Shown here: positions 55,802 through 63,749 of the stretch, in pieces
Numbering within the stretch: position 1 is the first letter of the stretch
How the letters are laid out: every line of letters starts with the position of its first letter
Assembly (NCBI GenBank): GCA_964359735.1
Contig: CAYHTZ010000005.1
Location: 3,882 to 67,881 of the forward strand
Reading direction: 5' to 3'
From: an uncultured Candidatus Saccharibacteria bacterium
Lineage (GTDB): Bacteria; Patescibacteriota; Andersenbacteria; UBA10190
Length of the DNA stretch: 64,000 nt
Position numbers and translations under genes: made by a program
Notes under the pieces: generated by a model
Database searches by the model: none
What the model saw: only the letters and a program-made list of their open reading frames with translations
Told to the model about the DNA's origin: nothing

Positions 55802-57190
55802 ATGAACCCCCTCCAAAAAACTGACCCCGAATTCTACGAAATCCTGCAAAAGGAGGAGGAACGCCAGCAAACAAATCTGTCGATGATTGCTTCGGAAAAT
55901 ATCTTCTCTCCAGCTGTACACGAGGCCGTGGGCTCAGTTTTTAGCCACAAATATTCTGAGGGTAATATGGGGGCTCGCTACTACGAGGGCAACCAGTTCG
56001 TAGACGAAATGGAAGCTTTAGCTGTTCAGCGTGCGCGCAAACTTTTTAGACTCCCCGATGATTGGGATGTAAACGTTCAAGCACTTTCGGGATGCAACGC
56101 GAACTTAGCTGTTTACTTAGCTGTCTTGGAGCCGGGAGACACTTTAATGGCGATGTACTTGCCCGATGGTGGTCATCTTTCTCATGGATGGTCATATGAA
56201 CCGGATGCCGACAAGCGCGAAGCTGGCAAAAATACCCCTGTGTATTTGGGGGGTAGCCGTAAAGTAAACATTACCTCCAAGTTGTTTCGTTCGATTCAGT
56301 ATAAAACGGATCCTGATACAAGAGTGTTTGACTATGACGAGATTGAGAAGATTGCAAAAAAGTATAAACCGAAATTGATCATTACCGGCGGCACCGCCTA
56401 TCCCCGTAACATTGATTATGAGCGTATGCGGCAGATTGCTGACAGCGTCGAGGCACTTTACATGGCAGATATTGCTCATGAAGCCGGCCTAGTGGCTGCT
56501 GGCGTCGTCCCCTCTCCTGTTGGCATTGCAGATATTGTTACTATGACCACCCACAAAACCCTTCGCTCTGGTCGTGGTGCAATCATTCTAGCCCGCCAGG
56601 ATCTCATGAAGAAGATTAATCGAGGAGTATTGCCTGGCTTACAAGGAGGCCCGCACAATCACAATATTGCGGGGATTTGCGTGGGTCTAGGTGAAGCGCT
56701 GCGCCCTGAATTTGCTTTGTATGCCCGACAGATCCTCGCCAATGCCGAATACTTAGCTGATCAGCTCGTCCACTATGATTTCAATTTGGTCTCAGGCGGG
56801 ACAGATAAACACCTCGTTCTCATTGATCTGACTAGTAAGCCTCTCCTAGGCAAGAAATACGCCCGCGCTCTAAATTGGGCAGGAATTGTGGCGAACTACA
56901 GCACTATGCCAGGCGACACGCGTCCTCCCGCTGACCCATCTGCATTACGTGTTGGCACTCCTCTAGCGACTACCCGCGGTATGAAAGAGAAAGAAATGGT
57001 TAAGGTTGCGTCCTGGATGAATGAAGTTATGGAGGTTGCAGCTCAATGGAAAGATCTGGAATTCGCCGAGTTCGAAGAAGCCGTGAAAAATTCCCCTAAT
57101 ATTGCCCGGGTAGCTTCCGAAGTGCGCTCGCTGTGCCAGAAATTCCCTCTCAAAATTGAAGCTAAAGAAAGAGCACGCGCACGCGCCTGA
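55802..57190 (+). CDS. glyA: serine hydroxymethyltransferase
   Basis: SHKYSEGNMGARYYEGN, PLP-lysine region TTHKTLRSGRGA; 462 aa with a small insertion. Confidence 0.95.
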   Translation: MNPLQKTDPEFYEILQKEEERQQTNLSMIASENIFSPAVHEAVGSVFSHKYSEGNMGARYYEGNQFVDEMEALAVQRARKLFRLPDDWDVNVQALSGCNANLAVYLAVLEPGDTLMAMYLPDGGHLSHGWSYEPDADKREAGKNTPVYLGGSRKVNITSKLFRSIQYKTDPDTRVFDYDEIEKIAKKYKPKLIITGGTAYPRNIDYERMRQIADSVEALYMADIAHEAGLVAAGVVPSPVGIADIVTMTTHKTLRSGRGAIILARQDLMKKINRGVLPGLQGGPHNHNIAGICVGLGEALRPEFALYARQILANAEYLADQLVHYDFNLVSGGTDKHLVLIDLTSKPLLGKKYARALNWAGIVANYSTMPGDTRPPADPSALRVGTPLATTRGMKEKEMVKVASWMNEVMEVAAQWKDLEFAEFEEAVKNSPNIARVASEVRSLCQKFPLKIEAKERARARA

Positions 57191-57223
57191 GCAACGAAGT
57201 TAAGAATCGGCTATAATGGCCGA

Positions 57224-58186
57224 ATGGAGGCTCATTCCTTCGTGTCTGCTCGCCAAGTGGGGTTCGATGTGGAAGAGGCACAAAGCGTCTTGGCTCGGCT
57301 GTCCGCCAGCTGGCGGAGACGTCCGCGCCTCGTCAAACCTATTTTGGATAATGTCTCCTTTACCTTGAACCAAGGTGATTGGGTAGCCCTCTACGGCGGG
57401 GCCGGGGCTGGCAAGACCACGTTGCTGCGCTTGCTCACCGGAGTGATCAAGCCTAGCCGCGGGCATGTCACCGTAAACGGCAAAGCAGCTCACGAACACA
57501 CGGGTTTAGCCGCCGGCTACGTTTCCCCCGAAGAACATGAAGATATCCCAGAAAACGTAGGCAAGATTCTCCGCACCTTTGGAGCCACTCACGGCATCGG
57601 CAATCTACCTTCCCGCATTGGAGCAGTTACCGAAGCTCTCTCGCTGCGGCATCTTATGACCCGCCGGGCCGATACACTTTCGGCCACCGAACGCATCAAG
57701 GTAAATCTCGCCCGGGCTGCACTCTCTGACGCCCCGCTGATTTTGTTAGACGACTGCAACGGTCTGCTAGGGGCGACAGCGCTTTCGGCGATTCTTTTTC
57801 AGCTGTTCCAGCGCCGTACCGTCATTATTGCTACTCGCTCTGCCGCGTTCGCCGAGGACCTAAATTTGCCAGTGTTGTTGCTTCATCAGGGTACACTTGC
57901 CTGCTCCGGCACCTGTAACGAAATCGCCGACCGCCTCTCCGCTCCCCGTGTCATGGATGTTTGGGTGGAAGGCATGCGGTACGACATGTTCCGCACCATC
58001 AAGAAGCACCCCGGTGTGGCCCAAGTGCTGCTATTACCCGATGGCCGCTTCCACGGGCAGCGTCTCAGGGTTACCCTAAAATCCTCTCATCACTTGCCAG
58101 CTCTCTACGACTTGGTGAGCCGCGTACCCCTCATCCGGATAGAAGAGCTGCCTGTGAATCTCGAAGATATTCTCTCGCGGCTTTGA
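57224..58186 (+). CDS. ABC-ATPase-like protein with degenerate signature and Walker B motifs (probable pseudo-ATPase)
   Basis: Walker A GGAGAGKTT is intact, but the ABC signature LSGGQ is replaced by LSATER and Walker B is LILLDD-C with no catalytic Glu. Convergent with ftsX. Confidence 0.55.
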   Translation: MEAHSFVSARQVGFDVEEAQSVLARLSASWRRRPRLVKPILDNVSFTLNQGDWVALYGGAGAGKTTLLRLLTGVIKPSRGHVTVNGKAAHEHTGLAAGYVSPEEHEDIPENVGKILRTFGATHGIGNLPSRIGAVTEALSLRHLMTRRADTLSATERIKVNLARAALSDAPLILLDDCNGLLGATALSAILFQLFQRRTVIIATRSAAFAEDLNLPVLLLHQGTLACSGTCNEIADRLSAPRVMDVWVEGMRYDMFRTIKKHPGVAQVLLLPDGRFHGQRLRVTLKSSHHLPALYDLVSRVPLIRIEELPVNLEDILSRL

Positions 58187-58261
58187 AAACCCCTCCTATC
58201 CTCCCCTTATCAAGGGAGGGACTCTTGCTTTCCCCCTGATAAGGGGGAACAAGGGGGTTTC
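58185..58261 (-). repeat. MITE/RPE-like palindromic repeat, copy C (inverted orientation), exactly filling the gap between two convergent stop codons
   Basis: gaaaacccctcctatcctccccttatcaagggagggactcttgctttccccctgataagggggaacaagggggtttc. Its reverse complement is ~90% identical to copy D. Confidence 0.85.
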
Positions 58262-59187
58262 TATCTTTTCCGTAGGTATCGGCGGATCGCAATAACACTG
58301 GAGAAGGTTGCGAGCCCTACCGCTGCCGCAATTTGTAAGCCCACAATGGTTGGCCAGGATTGAACGGCATATTCAAAGACATCAAATTGCACCGTATCGC
58401 TAAAGAAGAAATCTTGCAGCCGGGGGCCAATGGCGTTGAGTACCGGGTACATAATCGCGGACGATGCAGCCACAGCCAAGAGAGCCACGAACATAGCCTC
58501 GATTACAAATGGTCCGCGGATAAACCAATTCGAAGCCCCCACGAGGCGCATGATATCGATTTCCTCGCGAAAGCTGTATATTGCCAGCCTGACGGTGTTG
58601 AACATAATGAGCACCACGAGCGCGGCAAATGTCACGGTTACCACCAGCGCCCCATTGCGCACCGTGTTCATGACTTCGATCAGCCGGGCAATAACTGGCC
58701 GTAAATCTTGGAAGTTCACGCTCTCAATAAAAGGTTCATATTTTTCTGACTCCAGCTGGGTGGCGATATTCTGGTAGAAGCGAGGGTCAGAGGATACGAC
58801 GAACATGCTAGCCGGCAACGGGTTCGCTTCGAGTTCCCGCAAGGAATCCTCAATAAATGGCTCATCGGTATGGCGCTGCTTAAAGCTTTCTAAGGCCTCC
58901 TCGCTACTTACTACGCGCACTTCTTCCACGTCTTCCCGCGACTCTATTTCCTGCGCGATGGCCTTGATTTGCGCCTCAGTCACGGTGTCCTTAAAGGTGG
59001 CAGAGAGGTCCACCTTTTGCTCAATCGTGCGCAGCACTTGCGACCCGAATACGTTAGCAAAGTAGAGAAGGAGCATCATCAGGAGCGTGATTGTCATAAC
59101 GACCAGCGTGGCCAGCGACAGCCATACATTCCGCCAGAAATTCTGAAACGCCGATTTAAAAACTCTGAGGAAAGAAACTCCGATCAT
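58261..59187 (-). CDS. ftsX: cell division ABC transporter permease FtsX
   Basis: Four-TM FtsX topology with large periplasmic loop; 4-nt overlap with the upstream ftsE. Confidence 0.8.
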   Translation of the reverse strand: MIGVSFLRVFKSAFQNFWRNVWLSLATLVVMTITLLMMLLLYFANVFGSQVLRTIEQKVDLSATFKDTVTEAQIKAIAQEIESREDVEEVRVVSSEEALESFKQRHTDEPFIEDSLRELEANPLPASMFVVSSDPRFYQNIATQLESEKYEPFIESVNFQDLRPVIARLIEVMNTVRNGALVVTVTFAALVVLIMFNTVRLAIYSFREEIDIMRLVGASNWFIRGPFVIEAMFVALLAVAASSAIMYPVLNAIGPRLQDFFFSDTVQFDVFEYAVQSWPTIVGLQIAAAVGLATFSSVIAIRRYLRKR

Positions 59188-59873
59188 ATTTTGTACGTGC
59201 CGCCTTGCTGATCGGAAACAAGTTTGCCACCTGCCAAAGTTATAACTCGTTTCTTGATGGCGTTGACAATATCATCGTTGTGAGTAGCTAGGAGCACCGT
59301 TGTCCCCAGTTTGTTGATCTTAAGCAGCAACTGCACGATATCCCAGGAATGGAGCGCATCTAGATTGCCCGTGGGCTCATCCGCCAGTAATATTTGCGGC
59401 TTGTAGGCCAAGGCCCGGGCAATAGACACACGCTGTTTCTCTCCGCCCGACATCTCATTTGGGTATTTATCTGCTTTGTCCAACAAATTCACTAGCTTTA
59501 GAATATGTGGCACGGTTTTGCGGATTTCGCGCGTGGCTGCTCCCCCTACCTCCATGGCGAAGGCCACGTTCTCGAAAGCAGTCCGCTTGGGTAAGAGTTT
59601 AAAATCTTGAAATACCGTTCCAATCTGCCGCCGGAGGTACGGTACTTGCCACCGTTTAATCCGAGTGATGTCCCATCCATCAATGATAAGCTTGCCCTCA
59701 GATGGCTGTTCCTCGGCGGAGAGCAGCTTCAGCATGGTAGACTTCCCCGCCCCGCTTTGCCCCACGATTGAAACGAAATCCCCGGTAGGGATCGTGAGGG
59801 TCACGCTATGGAGAGCTTCCACTCCCATCGCAAATGCCTTCGAAACTGCTTGAAACGTTATCATTCCCCGCAA
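59184..59873 (-). CDS. ftsE: cell division ABC transporter ATP-binding protein FtsE
   Basis: Walker A GQSGAGKST, signature LSGGEKQRV, Walker B ILLADEPTGNLD. Confidence 0.9.
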   Translation of the reverse strand: MRGMITFQAVSKAFAMGVEALHSVTLTIPTGDFVSIVGQSGAGKSTMLKLLSAEEQPSEGKLIIDGWDITRIKRWQVPYLRRQIGTVFQDFKLLPKRTAFENVAFAMEVGGAATREIRKTVPHILKLVNLLDKADKYPNEMSGGEKQRVSIARALAYKPQILLADEPTGNLDALHSWDIVQLLLKINKLGTTVLLATHNDDIVNAIKKRVITLAGGKLVSDQQGGTYKI

Positions 59874-60957
59874 TTATAGCACATCAATAAATGCGTCTAA
59901 TTTGCCATTTAGCACACCTTCGGCGTCTTTGTCCTCTTTCTTGGTCCGATGGTCCTTTACGAGCTTATACGGGTGAAGTACGTAGGAACGAATCTGGTTG
60001 CCCCAGGCCGCTTCTTTAACTTCACCCTTTAAATCTTTGATAGTTTTTGCCTGCTGCTCCTCAGCCAGTTTCTGCAGCTTGGCGGCTAATACAGAGAGCG
60101 CCATCGCCTTGTTCTGCCCTTGGGAGCGTTCTTGGTCAACCTTCACCGTAATACCTGTGGGGATGTGCTTAACCCGCACCGCCGAACTCGTTTTATTGAC
60201 GTGTTGCCCGCCGGCGCCGCCGCTCCGAAAAGCATCGATCTCTAAATCATCTGGGTCAATCACGGGAGCTTCGCGGGCGGGTAACTTCGGCAGCACCTCC
60301 ACCCGAGCAAATGATGTTTGGCGCAAGTGATCCGCATTGAAAGGAGATTGCCTCACCAGCCGGTGCACCCCGTGCTCTTCTTGCAGCGAACCATACACGT
60401 ATGACCCGCGCACCTCGAACGTTGTATGTTTTATTCCTGCCTCCTCCCCCGGTTGCCGTTCCAGCGCATGAGTCTGCCAACCTTGGGAGGTTGCAAAGCG
60501 CAAATACATCCGCTCAAGCATCTCGGCCCAATCTTGTGCATCTGTACCCCCTGCCCCCGCGGCAATTGTGACAATCGCATCATTTTTGTCGTGCGGGCCG
60601 GCAAATCGCAGTACCTTCTCTTTGTCGGCGACCGCTGCGGCTACCTGGGCAATTTCTTTTTCAATATCGCTTGCCACAGTAGCTTCGGCCTCTTGTTGAG
60701 CCATGGAGATGAATTCCCCCGCCTCCGTGAGCCGCCGCCGCGCGTTCTCAAAGAATGCTAATCCCTCTGTAATTTCCGCGAGTTCCCGGGTGACTGCCTG
60801 GGCGCTCTCGTTATCGCGCCAGAAATCTGGCTGCTGGGCCGCCGCTGCAAGTTCTCTGTGTTTGTCTCGCAGCTTTTCTACCTCAAAGACGGTCGGCCAG
60901 GGTTGCCAGCCGCCGTTCAAGGTCTGAAATTCGATTGCGAATCTCCTTCGTTTCCAT
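59874..60957 (-). CDS. prfB: peptide chain release factor 2 with programmed +1 ribosomal frameshift (frame 0: ATG at 60957 to CTT-TGA at 60888-60883; +1 frame continues to 59874)
   Basis: SPF tripeptide (RQSPFNADH), GGQ motif (GGAGGQHVNKT). Frame-0 leader METKEIRNRISDLERRLATLADRL ends at CTT TGA G; the +1 frame then reads EVEKLRDKHRELAAAAQQPDFW, collinear with E. coli RF2 around its frameshift site. Confidence 0.8.
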
Positions 60958-60979
60958 ACGTGTTAAGTATACAGGATTC

Positions 60980-61054
60980 TGGAGCCAACCGAGGGGATCG
61001 AACCCTCAACCTGCACGTTACGAATGTGCTGCTCTACCATTGAGCTAGGTTGGC
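60980..61054 (-). tRNA. tRNA-Thr (anticodon CGT), CCA encoded
   Basis: Reverse complement GCCAACCTAGCTCAATGGTAGAGCAGCACATTCGTAACGTGCAGGTTGAGGGTTCGATCCCCTCGGTTGGCTCCA; anticodon loop TTCGTAA. Confidence 0.85.
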
Positions 61055-61090
61055 AGTAGTTTGCTCTATAACACAAAAGGAATATTTGTG

Positions 61091-62182
61091 CTATTGGGGA
61101 CGCAGACCAAGTAATCGGAAAAGCTGTTTGACATAATCCAGCTTGCGATCCCCCCTCGCCAAATCATATGCATTCCTCCCTATCTTGCCTGTCAAAGGAT
61201 TAAACCCCTTTCCTTTTCTCCAAGAGATACTTTTCGCGCTCAATTCGATTGTGATGGCACCCATATTGCCCGCGACCGCACCCCCGCAGGCGCTGCGAAC
61301 CTGATCAGTCCACTGATCCATACGACCCTGACTTGACAGTACAGTGATTTTTAATCCCTCTTTGGATTCTTTCTCATATCTCACGGCGACAGCAAGATTA
61401 GGCAGCCCTTGCGGCCCACCTCCCACACAACATAGCAGCTTCACGCCTAATGCGGTGTCGAGACGTGGGTCCGGGAGAAACGCACGAACGTCATGGTCAT
61501 GGAATATCAAGCGCAATACTTCGAGAGCTGCCACCGGGGCCGTCAGCTGGGCACACTGGTCCCGAAAATCCGTCGTGAGATGTCCTTCCTCAAGTTCTGG
61601 CGCGTAGAAAGGGGGGAGTGGCTCCCTAGCCAACCCTCCCACTACGGTCGCGTGATGATTCGCTGGCCGGTACCTTTTCATCCTCAGAAGCCCGTACAGC
61701 AGGACCACTGATTGCACCGCATCTGGTCGCGCCTCATCTTTCTTAGTGAAAGTCAGGACTACTCGCTGCCCTAAGAGTTTAGCTGCGGCATCGTAATACT
61801 CTTGCTTTTGCTTTTTGTCCGGCTCCACCCATAACCCTAAAGTTGCTCGTGCGTCTTCGATGTACTCAAGTGTTCGCGCGACAACGACACACCACACCAT
61901 TTGTTGCACCCATACCAGCGGGTCACTTGACTGTGCTGCCTCTTCGTAGGGGAGAAGCCGACTTTCAGCGGCTGACGCAAGTTTTTGGAACTGAGCGATT
62001 TGATGATGCGGGTTTGAGGGGAGATGACGCACATGTTCTTCCTCTAGTGCGTCTAACTCGTAAAAGATCTGCCAATATACTTTCTGCTTGAGATCTTCTA
62101 GAGAAAGTTCCTGCCGAGGGGTATCGGGAATGGCTACATATGGCACTGGGCCTCTATGCCACGCGCTTTCGTGACTCTGCAT
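61091..62182 (-). CDS. hypothetical protein (363 aa), unknown family
   Basis: Long clean ORF between tRNA-Thr and ogt; Gly-rich segments (CCVGGGPQGLP, CGGAVAGNMGA) but no motif I can assign. The called start overlaps ogt by 28 nt, so the start is uncertain. Confidence 0.4.
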   Translation of the reverse strand: MQSHESAWHRGPVPYVAIPDTPRQELSLEDLKQKVYWQIFYELDALEEEHVRHLPSNPHHQIAQFQKLASAAESRLLPYEEAAQSSDPLVWVQQMVWCVVVARTLEYIEDARATLGLWVEPDKKQKQEYYDAAAKLLGQRVVLTFTKKDEARPDAVQSVVLLYGLLRMKRYRPANHHATVVGGLAREPLPPFYAPELEEGHLTTDFRDQCAQLTAPVAALEVLRLIFHDHDVRAFLPDPRLDTALGVKLLCCVGGGPQGLPNLAVAVRYEKESKEGLKITVLSSQGRMDQWTDQVRSACGGAVAGNMGAITIELSAKSISWRKGKGFNPLTGKIGRNAYDLARGDRKLDYVKQLFRLLGLRPQ

Positions 62183-62399
62183 ATAGAAGTCTACGCTTGC
62201 GTTCCCTCCCGCGATTATACCCTCCTAGTTTCCCATCGCTCCGTATTACGCGGTGACAAGGAATGTCTGTGTTGTAGTTGCGGTTCATGATGTTTCCCAC
62301 CGCCCGTGCCGCCCCCGGCCGCCCCGCTGCCTCTGCTACTTCTCCATACGTCATGGTTTTTCCGGCGGGAATCTTCTTTACAACCTCAAGAACACGCAT
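62154..62399 (-). CDS. ogt: methylated-DNA--protein-cysteine methyltransferase (Ogt/MGMT), C-terminal-domain-only short form
   Basis: PCHRVIRSDGKLGGY active-site motif and the preceding helix-turn-helix (TYGEVAEAAGRPGAARAVG). Start placed at the ATG at 62399 (MRVLEVV). The ORF track's longer form reads through repeat copy D. Confidence 0.7.
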   Translation of the reverse strand: MRVLEVVKKIPAGKTMTYGEVAEAAGRPGAARAVGNIMNRNYNTDIPCHRVIRSDGKLGGYNRGRERKRRLLYAESRKRVA

Positions 62400-62402
62400 A
62401 CT

Positions 62403-62478
62403 GAAACCCCCTCGTTCCCCCTTATCAGGGGGAAGCAAGAGTTCCTTCCTTGATAAGGGGAGGATAGGAGGGGTTTTC
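62403..62478 (+). repeat. MITE/RPE-like palindromic repeat, copy D (reference orientation), between the ogt start codon and the htrA stop codon
   Basis: gaaaccccctcgttcccccttatcagggggaagcaagagttccttccttgataaggggaggataggaggggttttc. Terminal inverted repeats GAAACCCC/GGGGTTTC and two internal hairpins (ttccccct-tatc-agggggaa; cctycc-ttgataa-ggggagg). Confidence 0.85.
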
Positions 62479-63708
62479 TTATTCCGGTAATTCATCCAGG
62501 GTTACACTCACTTCCCGCTCCTGCCCATCATGCAAAATTTTTAGACGTACGCCTTGCCCCACCTGCTTGCGCCGAATTTGCGAGGCCAAGGAGTGCGCCT
62601 CGTCAAGCTTTACGCCGTCGATTTCCAAAATGATGTCGTTCTCCGTGAGTCCCGCCTTATCTGCCGGCGAGCCTGGTGTCACCGCCAGTTCCTGCCCCCC
62701 TTCTCCCCGCACGATCAAGGCGCCGTGGTCCACCGGGAGGTTTTCTTGTTCCTTCAGAGCTGGCGTGATTTGAATATGCCGGACTCCCAGGAAAGCGCGG
62801 GAAATTTTCTTCCCCGATTTCGCTGCTTCAATCACTGCCTGGGCTTCATTAATCGGGATGGCGAATCCAATGTTTTCTGACCCAAAGGCTACCGCTACAT
62901 TTACGGCCATTGCCTGCCCCCGTAGGTTTAAGAGAGGCCCGCCGGAGTTCCCGGGGTTAATGGCTGCGTCGGTTTGCACCACCTGCTCCAAGAGTTCCGC
63001 CTGCCCCAACTCATCCCCAGCCACGATCGAACGGGAAAGCCCTGATATCACCCCCACCGACACCGTGTTGTGCAGCTCCGCCAAGGCGTTGCCAATGGCA
63101 ATTACTGTTTGCCCTGTAATGAGTTCGTCGGAGTTGCCTATTCCTAAAAATGGGAAATTGGTGCCTTCAATTTTCACCACCGCCAAATCCAAGGATGGGT
63201 CGCGCGTCACCAGTTTAGCCTCATGCCGCTTCCCATCATTCGTAAAAACCGTGTATTGGACGTTTTCTCGATCTACAACGTGGCGGTTGGTGAGAATAAG
63301 ACCGTCAGGGGAAACCAAGAACCCTGACCCACCGCCAATTTCTTGTCGCTGTGTTCCCCGTTGCTGCAGTTGTGGTACTTGAATTTCAAATGGCAATCTT
63401 TCACCAAAGAACTCTTCAAACGGGCTGCCGAACGACCGCTCCAGCACCGGCACGTCAGCGGTAAGCACAATTGAAACAACTGCCGGGGAGGCTGTCTTGA
63501 CTGCTGCCGTTACTGCCTGCTCATGGCTTGATATCCCGGGGAGCACCGGTGCATCTTTCTGCTCGCTAATAGGCAGCTGAGCAGGCGCCGGTGCGGGGTC
63601 CTGCGTCAGGGGCTGTGTGATCCCTAGCTCGGAGCCGAAACTCAAAATCAACCATCCCCCAATTGCTCCTGCCAGCAAACTTATTAGGAAATTACGTGCC
63701 GTGTTCAT
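62479..63708 (-). CDS. htrA: HtrA/DegP family periplasmic serine protease with C-terminal PDZ domain
   Basis: Catalytic triad context (HVVD...; D..A; GNSGGPL), a PDZ domain, N-terminal TM. Start moved from 63780 to the ATG at 63708 (MNTARNF) to remove overlap with the upstream partial ORF. Confidence 0.8.
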   Translation of the reverse strand: MNTARNFLISLLAGAIGGWLILSFGSELGITQPLTQDPAPAPAQLPISEQKDAPVLPGISSHEQAVTAAVKTASPAVVSIVLTADVPVLERSFGSPFEEFFGERLPFEIQVPQLQQRGTQRQEIGGGSGFLVSPDGLILTNRHVVDRENVQYTVFTNDGKRHEAKLVTRDPSLDLAVVKIEGTNFPFLGIGNSDELITGQTVIAIGNALAELHNTVSVGVISGLSRSIVAGDELGQAELLEQVVQTDAAINPGNSGGPLLNLRGQAMAVNVAVAFGSENIGFAIPINEAQAVIEAAKSGKKISRAFLGVRHIQITPALKEQENLPVDHGALIVRGEGGQELAVTPGSPADKAGLTENDIILEIDGVKLDEAHSLASQIRRKQVGQGVRLKILHDGQEREVSVTLDELPE

Positions 63709-63749
63709 CTCAAGGAAGTTATACCTAAATACCTTCCTCTCTACAAGAT

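Noticed and set aside
62154-62495. 113-aa Ogt ORF with a 32-aa N-terminal extension (MNYRNKKTPPILPLSRKELLLPPDKGERGGFS)
   Set aside because: The extension is repeat copy D translated, and it overlaps the htrA 3' end. The conserved Ogt domain starts at the internal ATG (MRVLEVV). Extension treated as read-through of the element.
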